Part shown: in pieces, positions 42,160 to 51,814 of the stretch
Position numbering within the stretch: position 1 is the stretch's first letter
Layout: each line of letters begins with the position of its first letter
Source of the DNA: Gemmatimonas sp.
GTDB lineage: Bacteria; Gemmatimonadota; Gemmatimonadetes; Gemmatimonadales; Gemmatimonadaceae
Direction: 5' to 3'
Assembly: GCA_965279375.1 (NCBI GenBank)
Contig: OZ257156.1
Location: 1,984,001-2,048,000 of the forward strand
Length of the DNA stretch: 64,000 bases
The notes under the pieces: model-generated
The model's database searches: none
What the model was told of the DNA's origin: nothing
Seen by the model: the letters and a program-made list of their open reading frames with translations, nothing else
Made by a program: the position numbers and the translations under genes

Positions 42160-43461
42160 CTACTTGAACGTATCGGACATCAGGTTGGTGAACCACTTGA
42201 GCATGTCTTCGTAGTTCTCGCTGGTCGCATCGAGCGACTCGGTCACGCCATTGCCGGTGGGGGTCATCGTGCGTGACCCGGGGTCGTAGCGATAGACCAC
42301 GGAGAGCCACGACGCGGTGGTCTTGGTGATGGGCGTGAAGCAGGACGAGTTGGTGATCGGCGTGGGATTCACGGTGCCGCCACTCAGCAACTCGATGATG
42401 GCAGCTGCGCACACCTTGGCTTCCGCGTTGGCGATGTGCCCGGCCTTGGGTTGTGTGGTGCCCGAAGCGTCGCCAAGCACGTGAACGAGCGGTACCGCGG
42501 TGGACTCGTACGTCAGGACATCGACGCCGGCAAACTTGTTTGCGATGCCGTTGGCCCCGGGTGCATTGGCAAGACCGATCCCTGACGCCGAAACGAGCGC
42601 GCCAGCTCGATGCGTCGGGATGGCGTTGATAACCTTCCCCTTGAACGCGCCGGCAGCGTTGGTCGTCACGGTCATGGAGTCGGCGTCGATACTGCTGATC
42701 GATGCATTCGGCACGTAGGTGATGACGTTCTTGTGCGTCACCGTGAACGCGCGAGTGAAATTCAGTGGCTCCGCCTGGATGGACGGGTTCGCGTCGAGGA
42801 TGATCACGCGTCCACCGCCCTTCACGCGCTTGAGATAGTCTGCCACAACGCCGGCGCGCTCGTACGGGCCTGGCGGGCAGCGGTACGGTTTCGGCGGAAT
42901 CGTCAGAATGAACGTGTCCGCCTTGGTCATCGACTGGATCTGCGCCTTGAGCGCGGTGGTCTGCGCGCCGGCCTTCCAGGCGTGCACGATCTTGCTCTGG
43001 TTCGCCGCGGATCCCGTCAGCGGCAGTGGCTCGAAGTCGATGCCCGGTGAGAGTACCAGTCGGTCGTACGGCAGCTGGGAGCCATTGGACAGTCTGACAC
43101 TTCGTCCGATCGGGTCAATCGCGGTGACCGCAGCGGTGACCACTTTGACGCCGTACTTGCTGGTGAGCGTGGAATAGTTGAACGCGAGTTGGCTGAGCGT
43201 ACGCTCGCCGGTGAGCACCATGTTGCTGAAGATGTTCGAGTAGTAGGTGGGATTGGGTTCAACCAACGTCACGTCGATGCCCGCGCCGCCCCAGAGGCGC
43301 AGAAACTTGGCGACGGTTGTGCCACCCATGCCGCCACCAACCACGACCACTCGCCCGGTCGCACCAGCGGGGAGCGTGGCGGGAAGTGCCAGCGCGGAAC
43401 GCAACGCGGCCAGCGAAAGCCCTGACGCGCCGAGTCCCTTGAGGAATGTTCTGCGCTCCAT
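42160..43461 (-). CDS. fccB: Flavocytochrome c sulfide dehydrogenase, flavoprotein subunit
   Basis: Tat signal MERRTFLK; GGGMGG, YDRLVLSPG, HAWKAG, RCPPGPYERA, NSSCFT and a WFTNLMSDTF end. Confidence 0.88.
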   Translation of the reverse strand: MERRTFLKGLGASGLSLAALRSALALPATLPAGATGRVVVVGGGMGGTTVAKFLRLWGGAGIDVTLVEPNPTYYSNIFSNMVLTGERTLSQLAFNYSTLTSKYGVKVVTAAVTAIDPIGRSVRLSNGSQLPYDRLVLSPGIDFEPLPLTGSAANQSKIVHAWKAGAQTTALKAQIQSMTKADTFILTIPPKPYRCPPGPYERAGVVADYLKRVKGGGRVIILDANPSIQAEPLNFTRAFTVTHKNVITYVPNASISSIDADSMTVTTNAAGAFKGKVINAIPTHRAGALVSASGIGLANAPGANGIANKFAGVDVLTYESTAVPLVHVLGDASGTTQPKAGHIANAEAKVCAAAIIELLSGGTVNPTPITNSSCFTPITKTTASWLSVVYRYDPGSRTMTPTGNGVTESLDATSENYEDMLKWFTNLMSDTFK

Positions 43462-43463
43462 GG

Positions 43464-43892
43464 TCAGCGCCCCGCTTGTGCGAAGTAGGTGGCGATGAGC
43501 GAGATCTCCGCGGGCGTATATGCTGCCGCGTGCACGTTCATGATGTTGCTCCTCGGGTTTTTGCCGCGCATCTCGTTGAGTTCGGAGATGATTTCGGACG
43601 CGCTTTCTCCGGCGATCTTGAGTTCACCGGCGACGCCATCCGTGCCGTGGCACTGGAAGCAGTTGGCGGCGAGGGCGCGGCCGGCAACGTTGACAACGGC
43701 GCCGACGGCCAGCGGCGCGGGTGTGGAGCGTGCGGTCGCGGGCTCGATCGGAGCCGCCGTGGGCAGATCGCGGCAGGAGGTGACGAGGCTGGCGAGGAGG
43801 ACGACGGTCAGCGCCGCCAATCGCGCGGGTGTACTCGCGGCTCGAGTCTTTGCCGTGTTCGACGAGTTGTGCGTGGGCAGGCGGGTGGGCAT
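43464..43892 (-). CDS. fccA: Monoheme cytochrome c subunit of sulfide dehydrogenase, probable lipoprotein
   Basis: LAANCFQCHGTDG, distal Met in NIMNVHA, lipobox-like LVTSC; 2 bp from fccB. Confidence 0.85.
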   Translation of the reverse strand: MPTRLPTHNSSNTAKTRAASTPARLAALTVVLLASLVTSCRDLPTAAPIEPATARSTPAPLAVGAVVNVAGRALAANCFQCHGTDGVAGELKIAGESASEIISELNEMRGKNPRSNIMNVHAAAYTPAEISLIATYFAQAGR

Positions 43893-44059
43893 ACGCAGGT
43901 GGGAGCGAAGGTGGGTGTCGCGTGCGCAAAGGGCGATGCTGAACGCTGCTCCCGGAATATGAATTACTCTGTGACCATTCGCACATGCAGTTATATATGC
44001 ATTACAGCATGATCATATCGTCCATTCGCCTCAACGTTCCGATGCGCGACCCGCGTCAG

Positions 44060-44587
44060 CTAGAACGGCTTGAACTCGTCGAACGGCTGGCGGCAGCTAT
44101 TGCAGACGTGGATCGCCTTGCATGCCGTGCTTCCGAACTCGCTCTGCAGTCGCGTGTCGCTCGAGCCACAGAACGGACACGGCACCGGATCACGACGGCG
44201 CGTGAGCGTGATCAATCCCTCGGGCTCGGCGCGCCGTGGCGGGGCGATGCCGTAGGCGCGCAGCTTCTCGCGCGCTTCGGGGCCGATCCAGTCGGTGGTC
44301 CACGCGGGCGCGTAGACCGTGTCCACCACCACAGTGGACGCGCCCGCCGCGACGAGCGCGGCGCGAATGTCCGTCTCGATTTCGCGCATGGCCGGGCAGC
44401 CGGAGTAGGTGGGCGTGACCGTCACGCGAACCGTCGTCTGCCCAGCGTCGTGTGTGACCGAAGCGTCGCGAATGATGCCCAGGTCCACGACGCTGATGAC
44501 CGGTACCTCGGGGTCCATCACCGTTGTCAGCACCGCCATGACATCGTCCCGCGACTGCAATGCGGGCGTCGTCGTGTGCTCAGGCAC
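44060..44587 (-). CDS. paaD: Phenylacetyl-CoA 1,2-epoxidase subunit D
   Basis: DPEVPVISVVDLG, TPTYSGCPA, CPFCGS and FGSTACK..C..C. Confidence 0.93.
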   Translation of the reverse strand: MPEHTTTPALQSRDDVMAVLTTVMDPEVPVISVVDLGIIRDASVTHDAGQTTVRVTVTPTYSGCPAMREIETDIRAALVAAGASTVVVDTVYAPAWTTDWIGPEAREKLRAYGIAPPRRAEPEGLITLTRRRDPVPCPFCGSSDTRLQSEFGSTACKAIHVCNSCRQPFDEFKPF

Positions 44588-44614
44588 GCATCACCTGCTG
44601 GCCTGATTGCGTGT

Positions 44615-45448
44615 TCACCACGTGGCGCCCGGGTGCGAGCGCGCGACAATCTGCATGGTGCTCAGCAGGTGCCCCAGGTGCTCGGTGTGAAATCCGCGAC
44701 GGCCGCCACGACGCATGCCGGTGTCGGAGGGCAGCGTGAGCGTCGCGCGAGACACCACATCGGCCACCATCGTCTGCCAACGCGACTTGATCGCGGCCTG
44801 ATCCACGTCCACGCCAAGTGCCGCCACCGCGTCGTCCACCGCATCGCGATCGAACAACTCGTCGGTGAACCGCCACAGTTCGTTCAGCGACGCCTGCACG
44901 CGGGTATGGCTTTCCTCTGTGCCGTCGCCAAGACGAACCAACCACTCGCTGCTGTGGCGCAGATGATACTTGTCTTCCTTGAGCGACTTGGCCGCGATTG
45001 CTGCGAGCGTCGGGTGCCCGCAACGCGAGAGCGCGTCCCACTGCAGCACGCTGAAGGCATCGTACAAGAACTGCCGCACGATGGTGAAGCCGAAATCGCC
45101 CTTGGGCAGCTCGACGATGAGCGCGTTGCGATAAGCGACCGCGTCGCGGAAGTACGCCAATGCATCTTCGTCGCGCCCTTTGCCCTCGATCTCGCCGGCG
45201 AGCTTGAGCACACTCGCGGCATGTCCCACGAGATCCAGCGCGATGTTGGAGAGCGCGATGTCCTCTTCGAGAATGGGGCCGTGTCCGCACCACTCCGACA
45301 TGCGATGCCCAAGGACCAACCGGTCATCGCCCAGGCGCAGCAGGTACTCGAACAGCGGATTCTCGACCGGCGTCGTGCGCGGTGCTGCGACGTTGGGCAC
45401 CTTCGACTCCGGCGTCACCTGGTCTGCGTTCACGTCGTGCGTGCTCAA
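44615..45448 (-). CDS. paaC: Phenylacetyl-CoA 1,2-epoxidase subunit C
   Basis: SEWCGHGPILEEDIA, RDEDALAY, KEDKYH and HTEHLG. Confidence 0.94.
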   Translation of the reverse strand: MSTHDVNADQVTPESKVPNVAAPRTTPVENPLFEYLLRLGDDRLVLGHRMSEWCGHGPILEEDIALSNIALDLVGHAASVLKLAGEIEGKGRDEDALAYFRDAVAYRNALIVELPKGDFGFTIVRQFLYDAFSVLQWDALSRCGHPTLAAIAAKSLKEDKYHLRHSSEWLVRLGDGTEESHTRVQASLNELWRFTDELFDRDAVDDAVAALGVDVDQAAIKSRWQTMVADVVSRATLTLPSDTGMRRGGRRGFHTEHLGHLLSTMQIVARSHPGATW

Positions 45449-45732
45449 AAGATCCGCACGCCACGAGGCGCGAGGTAGAACTGCGGATGACGATACGGCT
45501 TGTCGTTCCCCGGATCGAAGAACGGGCCCGCATCACTCGGCGACGACGCAACGATCGCCGTGGATGGAACCACCCAGAGATTCACCGCTTCGCCGCGGCG
45601 CGCGTAGACATCGCGCGCGTTCTGCAACGCCTGTTCGGCGTCGGCGGCATGCACGCTGCCGGCATGTTCAAACGCTTCGCCGTGATTGGGCTGCGTGAAC
45701 ACTTCCCAGAGGGGCCACTGACTGTCGGACAT
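45445..45732 (-). CDS. paaB: Phenylacetyl-CoA 1,2-epoxidase subunit B
   Basis: WPLWEVF, HAGSVHA, ARDVYARR and YRHPQFY. Confidence 0.94.
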   Translation of the reverse strand: MSDSQWPLWEVFTQPNHGEAFEHAGSVHAADAEQALQNARDVYARRGEAVNLWVVPSTAIVASSPSDAGPFFDPGNDKPYRHPQFYLAPRGVRIF

Positions 45733-45745
45733 GTCTGGACTCGCC

Positions 45746-46717
45746 TCAGGCCGCTGCGGTGGATGACTTGGCGCGCTGCTTCTCGGCGTGAGCAGTGGCC
45801 GCGGCGCGCACCCATTCGCCGTCCGCGTGTGCCTTGTTCCGCGCCTCGAGTCGTTCGCGATTGCACGGGCCGTTGCCCTTGATGACTTCGAAGAACTCCG
45901 ACCAATCGATCTCGCCGAACGTCCAGTCCTTGGTGGTGTCGTCGTACGAGAGATCCGGATCGGGGATGGTGAGTCCGATCGCGATCGCCTGCGGCACGGT
46001 GAGGTTCACGAAGCGCTGACGCAGCTCGTCATTGGTCTTCCGCTTCACGCGCCACTTCATCAGCTCGGCGGAGTTGGGCGAATCGGCATCGCTGGGGCCG
46101 AACATCATGAGCGCGGGCCACCAGAAGCGATTCACCGCGTCCTGCACCATCGCCTTCTGCGCCGGCGTGCCATTGGCGAGCGTGGCGCAGATTTCGTAGC
46201 CCTGGCGTTTGTGGAAGTTCTCTTCCTTGCAGATGCGAATCATCGCGCGGGCGTACGGACCGTACGAGGCTTTGGCGAGCACCGTCTGGTTCACGATCGC
46301 CGCGCCGTCCACCAGCCAGCCGATCACACCCATGTCGGCCCAGCTGAGCGTCGGGTAGTTGAAGATGCTGGAGTACTTGGCGCGCCCATCGAGCAGCTGT
46401 TCGACGAGTTCGTGGCGATCGACGCCGAGTGTTTCGGTGCCGCAGTAGATGTAAAGCCCGTGGCCGGCCTCGTCCTGCACCTTGGCGATGAGCGACATCT
46501 TGCGGCGCAGACTGGGCGCGCGCGTGATCCAGTTGCCTTCGGGGAGCATGCCCACGATTTCGGAGTGCGCGTGCTGCGACATCATCCGGGTGAGCTGCTT
46601 ACGATAGCGCTCGGGCATCCAGTCTTTGGGCTCGATGCTTTCGCCGGCGGCGATGCGAGCTTCAAAGGCGGCGAGGAGCGACGATTCGTCGGGGGGGGAG
46701 GACGGCGTCTGTTGCAT
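45746..46717 (-). CDS. paaA: Phenylacetyl-CoA 1,2-epoxidase subunit A
   Basis: [27 protein letters not shown] and CKEENFH diiron motifs. Confidence 0.96.
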   Translation of the reverse strand: MQQTPSSPPDESSLLAAFEARIAAGESIEPKDWMPERYRKQLTRMMSQHAHSEIVGMLPEGNWITRAPSLRRKMSLIAKVQDEAGHGLYIYCGTETLGVDRHELVEQLLDGRAKYSSIFNYPTLSWADMGVIGWLVDGAAIVNQTVLAKASYGPYARAMIRICKEENFHKRQGYEICATLANGTPAQKAMVQDAVNRFWWPALMMFGPSDADSPNSAELMKWRVKRKTNDELRQRFVNLTVPQAIAIGLTIPDPDLSYDDTTKDWTFGEIDWSEFFEVIKGNGPCNRERLEARNKAHADGEWVRAAATAHAEKQRAKSSTAAA

Positions 46718-46782
46718 GGGAAGGAATCTACCGGAGGCTCGCGGGCTTCGACAATCGAGAGGTGCTGCTACTTTATGCACCT

Positions 46783-47574
46783 ATGACGAATAACGTTGCC
46801 GGTGCCCAGAGTGTGTCCGCCCTCGAAGGCGACATCCGTGTCCACATTGCCGACGGGATCGGCACGCTCGAGTTCTTCCATCCGAAGGGGAACTCGCTCC
46901 CCGGCGCGCTGTTGCGCTCATTGGCCCAGCACGTAACGGCGCTCGGTCTGGACCCGTCCGTGCGCGTGATCGTGCTGCGCAGTGGTGGTAAGGGTCCGTT
47001 CTGCGCGGGCGCCTCGTTCGACGAACTGGTCTCGATCAGAGACGTGGCGCAGGGGAAGGAGTTCTTCAGCGGATTCTCGGGGGTCATCCTCGCGATGATC
47101 CGCGCTCCCAAGTTCGTGCTGGTGCGCGTGCACGGGAAAGCGGCCGGTGGGGCCGTCGGACTCATTGCTGCGAGCGATTTCAGCTTCGCTGTGCAGAGCG
47201 CGTCCGCCAAGTTGAGCGAGCTGGCGATCGGCATCGGGCCCTTCGTGGTGGGCCCCGTCATCGAGCAGAAGATCGGGCTCGCGGCCTATAGCCAGATGGC
47301 GGTGGACGCCGACTGGCGCGATGCGAACTGGTGCGAGCGGCACGGGCTGTATGCCCGCCTGTTTGACGATGCAGGCGCGATGGACGCGAGTCTGGACGCG
47401 CTGGCCAAGACGCTGGCGGCGTCCAATCCCGAGGCGATGGCAGAGCTCAAGCGGGTGTTCTGGGCTGGGACGGAGGGCTGGGACGTGTTGCTGGCCGAGC
47501 GTGCGGGGATGAGCGGAACGATGGTGTTGAGCGAGTTCACGCGGAACGCGATTTCGAGCTTCAAGGCCAAATAG
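46783..47574 (+). CDS. Enoyl-CoA hydratase/isomerase family protein
   Basis: FCAGASFDE, GKAAGGAVG and LSELAIGI. Confidence 0.88.
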   Translation: MTNNVAGAQSVSALEGDIRVHIADGIGTLEFFHPKGNSLPGALLRSLAQHVTALGLDPSVRVIVLRSGGKGPFCAGASFDELVSIRDVAQGKEFFSGFSGVILAMIRAPKFVLVRVHGKAAGGAVGLIAASDFSFAVQSASAKLSELAIGIGPFVVGPVIEQKIGLAAYSQMAVDADWRDANWCERHGLYARLFDDAGAMDASLDALAKTLAASNPEAMAELKRVFWAGTEGWDVLLAERAGMSGTMVLSEFTRNAISSFKAK

Positions 47575-47597
47575 CTCGGCGCGTTCCGGCGAGATCG

Positions 47598-48935
47598 TCA
47601 GCGCAGAATGAGCTCAATGCGACGGTTGCGCAGGCGCCCTTCCACAGTGCTGCTGCTCGTGGTGGGCCGGCGCCCACCCTCACCACGCACGGACAACCGC
47701 TCGATTGAAATGCCGCGCGCGACGATGTAGTCGCGCGCGGCCTCGGCCCGCCGTACCGAGAGTCCGATGTTGGCATTGAGGTCGCCGCGATCATCGGTAT
47801 GGCCGACAAGCTCGGCCGTCACTCGGCTGTACGTTCGCAGATAGTCGACAACCAGATTCAGCTCGGAACGACCTGCCGCCGTGAGTCGAGTGCTGACGCC
47901 TTCGAAAGTCACCGCACTTGCGCGATAGGTCTCGAGCCGCGGGCAGCCGCGTGGAAGCGCGCCACCAGCGACCGTCGGGCATTTGTCGAGCGCGTCTTCA
48001 ATGCCGTCGTTGTCCGTATCGGGACAGCCATCGAGGGCACGCGTGCCCGCCGTCGCCGGGCAGCCGTCCGTGGCATCGGGTACGCCGTCCTGATCACGAT
48101 CCAGAACCGGCGGTGGCGTGCACCCGCGGTGCGCTGCGACACCCGCCGTGTTGGGACACGCGTCGTCGCCGTCGAGAATCCCGTCACGATCTGCATCGGC
48201 AATCGGACACCCTTGCTGCGCCGAGAGTCCAACTTGTGTCGGGCACTTGTCGACTTGGTCCAGCAGTCCGTCACCGTCGGTATCTGCGTATACGCGCCGA
48301 CCGAACAATTTCACTTTCACGCCCGCCTGCACACCCTGCAATCGAATGCGTGAAGCGGATGCAGCGGTGTTGGTACGGTTCTGATCTGTGAAACCGAGAT
48401 TGTATCTGCCGTATACGCTGACCCGCGAATGCGGCATGATCTCAACGCCGCCGGTCGCCGAGAGATTCAATGAGGAGACGGAGTCCGTGGTCCAGTAGTT
48501 GGGCGTATCACCGACGCGCAACGCGTAGTCGAACTGACCTCCCAGCGACACCGCCGCGAACCGGCCGACATGCACCTTGAGTAGCAGCGGAGCGGAAATG
48601 AACCCCAGCGTCGCGCTGTCGAGGAGCACACGTGTGCGTGCGCGTCCGGTTGCGCTCTGTGCGCGCGACGGCGTCGACAAATATTGCAGCTGCGGTTCGA
48701 GCGAAAGTCCGAAACCGAGGGGCAGATTGAACCACGCGCCGGCCGACCACCCGGGTTCCTGCTTATAGCGCTCGGCGCCATTGGAACTCAACGTCAGCAG
48801 CGTTGCGCCCCCGACGAGGCCAACCGAGGGCGTGTAGTGATCGCGAGTTGGAACCTGCGCGTGCGTGACTGACGCTGCGAGGAGCAACTGCACCGCGCCG
48901 ACGGAGAGGCACCGTGGCAACCTGGAACATGACAT
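47598..48935 (-). CDS. OmpA-family protein: beta-barrel, four TSP3-like Ca-binding repeats, peptidoglycan-binding domain
   Basis: Signal peptide; four D-x-D-x-DG..D..CP repeats; GHTDDRG..N..LS.RRA and NRRIEL. Alternative start at 48968. Confidence 0.88.
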   Translation of the reverse strand: MSCSRLPRCLSVGAVQLLLAASVTHAQVPTRDHYTPSVGLVGGATLLTLSSNGAERYKQEPGWSAGAWFNLPLGFGLSLEPQLQYLSTPSRAQSATGRARTRVLLDSATLGFISAPLLLKVHVGRFAAVSLGGQFDYALRVGDTPNYWTTDSVSSLNLSATGGVEIMPHSRVSVYGRYNLGFTDQNRTNTAASASRIRLQGVQAGVKVKLFGRRVYADTDGDGLLDQVDKCPTQVGLSAQQGCPIADADRDGILDGDDACPNTAGVAAHRGCTPPPVLDRDQDGVPDATDGCPATAGTRALDGCPDTDNDGIEDALDKCPTVAGGALPRGCPRLETYRASAVTFEGVSTRLTAAGRSELNLVVDYLRTYSRVTAELVGHTDDRGDLNANIGLSVRRAEAARDYIVARGISIERLSVRGEGGRRPTTSSSTVEGRLRNRRIELILR

Positions 48936-49069
48936 GAGGCCTGCGGGGCTCGGGTCCGACGACGTCACGAGGAAGGGGCCGCCGTGACCAACCGGAAGGA
49001 TGTAGGCGTATCGAACAGCCCGACAAGACGAGTCCGCGTAACAAATACCCGCATGATCTCGTGAACGAA

Positions 49070-49822
49070 TCAGCGCGATGCAGCCTGCAGGTCGGCCGCG
49101 ACGATGATGCGAACTCGTAGATCACCAACAGAAGGATCGACGAGAAAGCCAACGCGTCGCGGGGGTGACGCCGCGAGCGGCTCGAGCGTGCCAAAGGGCT
49201 CGTAGCGAAAGCAATCAGTCGCGCGATCGCCGCATCCGACGTCGTTGAAGAAGTTGTGCGGCGCACCATCCCAATCACCACTCGGCACGGCGAGTCCTGA
49301 GCGCGGAGAACTCACCGTGATCACACCGCCTGTGACCGAAACGCCGCCGGCGGTCGAGAGCACCGCGACTTCGATCGGAAAAGCCTGGACGCCGACGACA
49401 TTGCTCGGTGGAGCCGGAAAGGTGGGCGTGATCAGACGTAGCCCAGCAAGTCGGTTGATGATGGTCAGATCGAAAGTAACGAGCACCTTGCCCGGTACCG
49501 TCGCGCCGAGCACGCCCGCTGCGTAGTTGCTGGCGCGCATCTCCACTGCGTCACCGCCGAGGAGCGACGGTTGGACGCGCGCGCCAAACGTGACTGCACT
49601 GCTCGACGCAGGCAGTCCGGCGAGCAGGACCGTCGGCGCAGAGACGGCAACCCTTCGACGGAGCGTGGACACGTCGACGATGAATGCCGACTCGCGATAG
49701 GGCGACGGTGTCGAGGTGCCCTGTGCCAGCGATGAAACCGGCGCAGTCGTGGCCTCGGAACTGCACGCACACGCGATCACCAATACGAATAGACAACAGA
49801 CGCGAATCAACGACGGGAACAT
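49070..49822 (-). CDS. Hypothetical lipoprotein, paralog of the N-terminal domain of the 49964-51778 protein
   Basis: Signal VLVIACAC; shares WDGA.HNFFND.GC...ATDCFRYEPFG with the neighbour. Confidence 0.75.
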   Translation of the reverse strand: MFPSLIRVCCLFVLVIACACSSEATTAPVSSLAQGTSTPSPYRESAFIVDVSTLRRRVAVSAPTVLLAGLPASSSAVTFGARVQPSLLGGDAVEMRASNYAAGVLGATVPGKVLVTFDLTIINRLAGLRLITPTFPAPPSNVVGVQAFPIEVAVLSTAGGVSVTGGVITVSSPRSGLAVPSGDWDGAPHNFFNDVGCGDRATDCFRYEPFGTLEPLAASPPRRVGFLVDPSVGDLRVRIIVAADLQAASR

Positions 49823-49963
49823 GAACGACTGTCTCGCTGCGATGAGAAACGTCGGTGCGCGCGCTGCGCACCTGCTCACCACCAACGACACACGTCTGCT
49901 TACGTCACGTCCTTCCCGTCGTCGAGGGCAACATTGTTACGTGCGCTCGAGCAAGGGCATTCT

Positions 49964-51778
49964 CTACGGCACGACAAGGCTCGAGAGGTTCAGCGTGACA
50001 CGCGAAGTCACATCGATGTCCTGCGTGCCCGCTCCCACACGGGTGAGCGTCACCTGCGGAGTGACGGTGCCACTCGCGCCGGCGGTCACGTTGAAGGTCA
50101 GTCGAATCAGCGCGACGACGCCAGTGCTGGATGCGCCCGCGGTGCTGGCGACGATCACGCGCGACGTTGCACCGCTGCCGCCAGCGTTGCTCTCAACCAC
50201 GTCGCCGATATCGAAGGTGCCGGGGGTCAACAACTGTCGCGACGTCCAGTCGAGCAACGTGCCATCGTAGGCCATCACCAACGATAGACCAGTGAGCGCG
50301 TCTGCCGCCGAGCCGTCGATATCACTGTTTCCGGGTGCAGCGCCCATGTCGATTGACAGTGTCAACGTCACCTGTCGGCCCGTGGGGCCGGTCGGCGTCA
50401 TGCTGCCCCATGTGGCCGTGAGTGGATACGTGATCGTCGGCGCAGCGCAGGTGACGACGAGGCTGCGCGTCAGTCCACTCGCATCGAGCGCGCTGTACGA
50501 CACGTTCGACGCGCTGCAGCCCGCGGGCAGATTCGCCAACGCGATGATGCCGCTGTCTGCCGGGCGGAACGGCACCTGTGACACTTGCCACGCACCGGTC
50601 GCATCGGTCGTGACGGCGGGGATCGGCGTGCCGCCTGTGGGAGTGACGACCACCTGTACACCGGCGAGCGGCGCGCCAAGCGTGGTCCTCACCGTGCCCT
50701 GGATCGACGCCGTGGGAACGGTGCAACTGGCCACGAAATCCTGAACGACCGTCGCGCCGGCTGGTACGTTCACACTAACCGTCGGTTGCAGCGACACGCA
50801 GCCGGATGGCAGTGCCTGCAGCGAGACGGTGCGGGCGCTGCCACTCGGAACGTTCGCGAGGCTGTACGCGCCGGTGGCTGACGTGGTGGCGGTGCCGCCA
50901 CCAGTCACAGTCACCACCGCACCGGCAAGAGGCCCGATGTTCGATGTGACCGTGCCGCGCACGACTCCGGGCAAAGGAGGCGCTGCAGCCACCAGGTCGG
51001 CGCCGACGATCACTTTCACGATGAAGTTGCCGACCGTGGGATCGATCAGAAAGCCGACCTGCTGGGGCGCAGAGCTGGCAAGCGGATCGATCGTGCCGAA
51101 CGGCTCATATCGGAAACAGTCCGTCGCGGTCGCCGGGCAACCCGTGTCATTGAAGAAATTGTGCAGTGCGCCATCCCATTCGTTGTCGTGCACGACCGAA
51201 CCGAAACGCGGCGACGACACCTGCAACTGGTTGCCACTCGAGCCGACACCGCCGGGACTCGTGAGCACGCCGATCTCGATGGGAAATGCCAGTACACCGA
51301 CCACGCCCGAAGGCGGCGTCGGGAAGGTGGGTGTCGAGAGGCGGAAGCTCGCCAGCCGATTGATGACCTGGATGTCGAACAGCACCTGAATCTTTCCCGG
51401 CGCGACGGCGCCGAGCACTCCGCTGCGAAAGTTCGTGACGACGAGGTCGATCGCGTCGGCGCCGAGCAACGATGGCTGTACACTCAGCGGCGACACGGTG
51501 GTCATATCCGCAACACGCGATGACAGACTCGCGCTTGGCGCAGACACTGTCACTTGCTGGCGCGTCGCATTGACGGACAGTGTGAACGATGCGTTGCGAT
51601 ACGCCGCGGGAAGTGCCGGAGTCGCCGGCAGTTCGGGGGCGATCGACGTCGGCTTCTCCGCCGCGCAGGCCTCTAGGACGCACGCAGCCACCAGCAGCCG
51701 ACCGACGACCGCGATTGCGCGCGCGCTCGACCAGCGACGGCGCGCTGCGACAGCCGAATCGGAAAGCGTGTTGCGCAT
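49964..51778 (-). CDS. Multi-domain lipoprotein: unknown N-domain, two carboxypeptidase-regulatory-like repeats, cohesin-like C-domain
   Basis: Lipobox LEAC; two GTV..G.PLAG..TT..G repeats; VTLTLSIDMG..GLSLVMAYDGTLL. Confidence 0.75.
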   Translation of the reverse strand: MRNTLSDSAVAARRRWSSARAIAVVGRLLVAACVLEACAAEKPTSIAPELPATPALPAAYRNASFTLSVNATRQQVTVSAPSASLSSRVADMTTVSPLSVQPSLLGADAIDLVVTNFRSGVLGAVAPGKIQVLFDIQVINRLASFRLSTPTFPTPPSGVVGVLAFPIEIGVLTSPGGVGSSGNQLQVSSPRFGSVVHDNEWDGALHNFFNDTGCPATATDCFRYEPFGTIDPLASSAPQQVGFLIDPTVGNFIVKVIVGADLVAAAPPLPGVVRGTVTSNIGPLAGAVVTVTGGGTATTSATGAYSLANVPSGSARTVSLQALPSGCVSLQPTVSVNVPAGATVVQDFVASCTVPTASIQGTVRTTLGAPLAGVQVVVTPTGGTPIPAVTTDATGAWQVSQVPFRPADSGIIALANLPAGCSASNVSYSALDASGLTRSLVVTCAAPTITYPLTATWGSMTPTGPTGRQVTLTLSIDMGAAPGNSDIDGSAADALTGLSLVMAYDGTLLDWTSRQLLTPGTFDIGDVVESNAGGSGATSRVIVASTAGASSTGVVALIRLTFNVTAGASGTVTPQVTLTRVGAGTQDIDVTSRVTLNLSSLVVP

Positions 51779-51814
51779 GAGGGCAGCGAACTGTAGGCGT
51801 TGGCTCTCGGACGA

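Noticed and set aside
43985..45478. 497-aa plus-strand ORF across paaC/paaD
   Set aside because: Overlaps two well-supported minus-strand genes; no recognisable domain.
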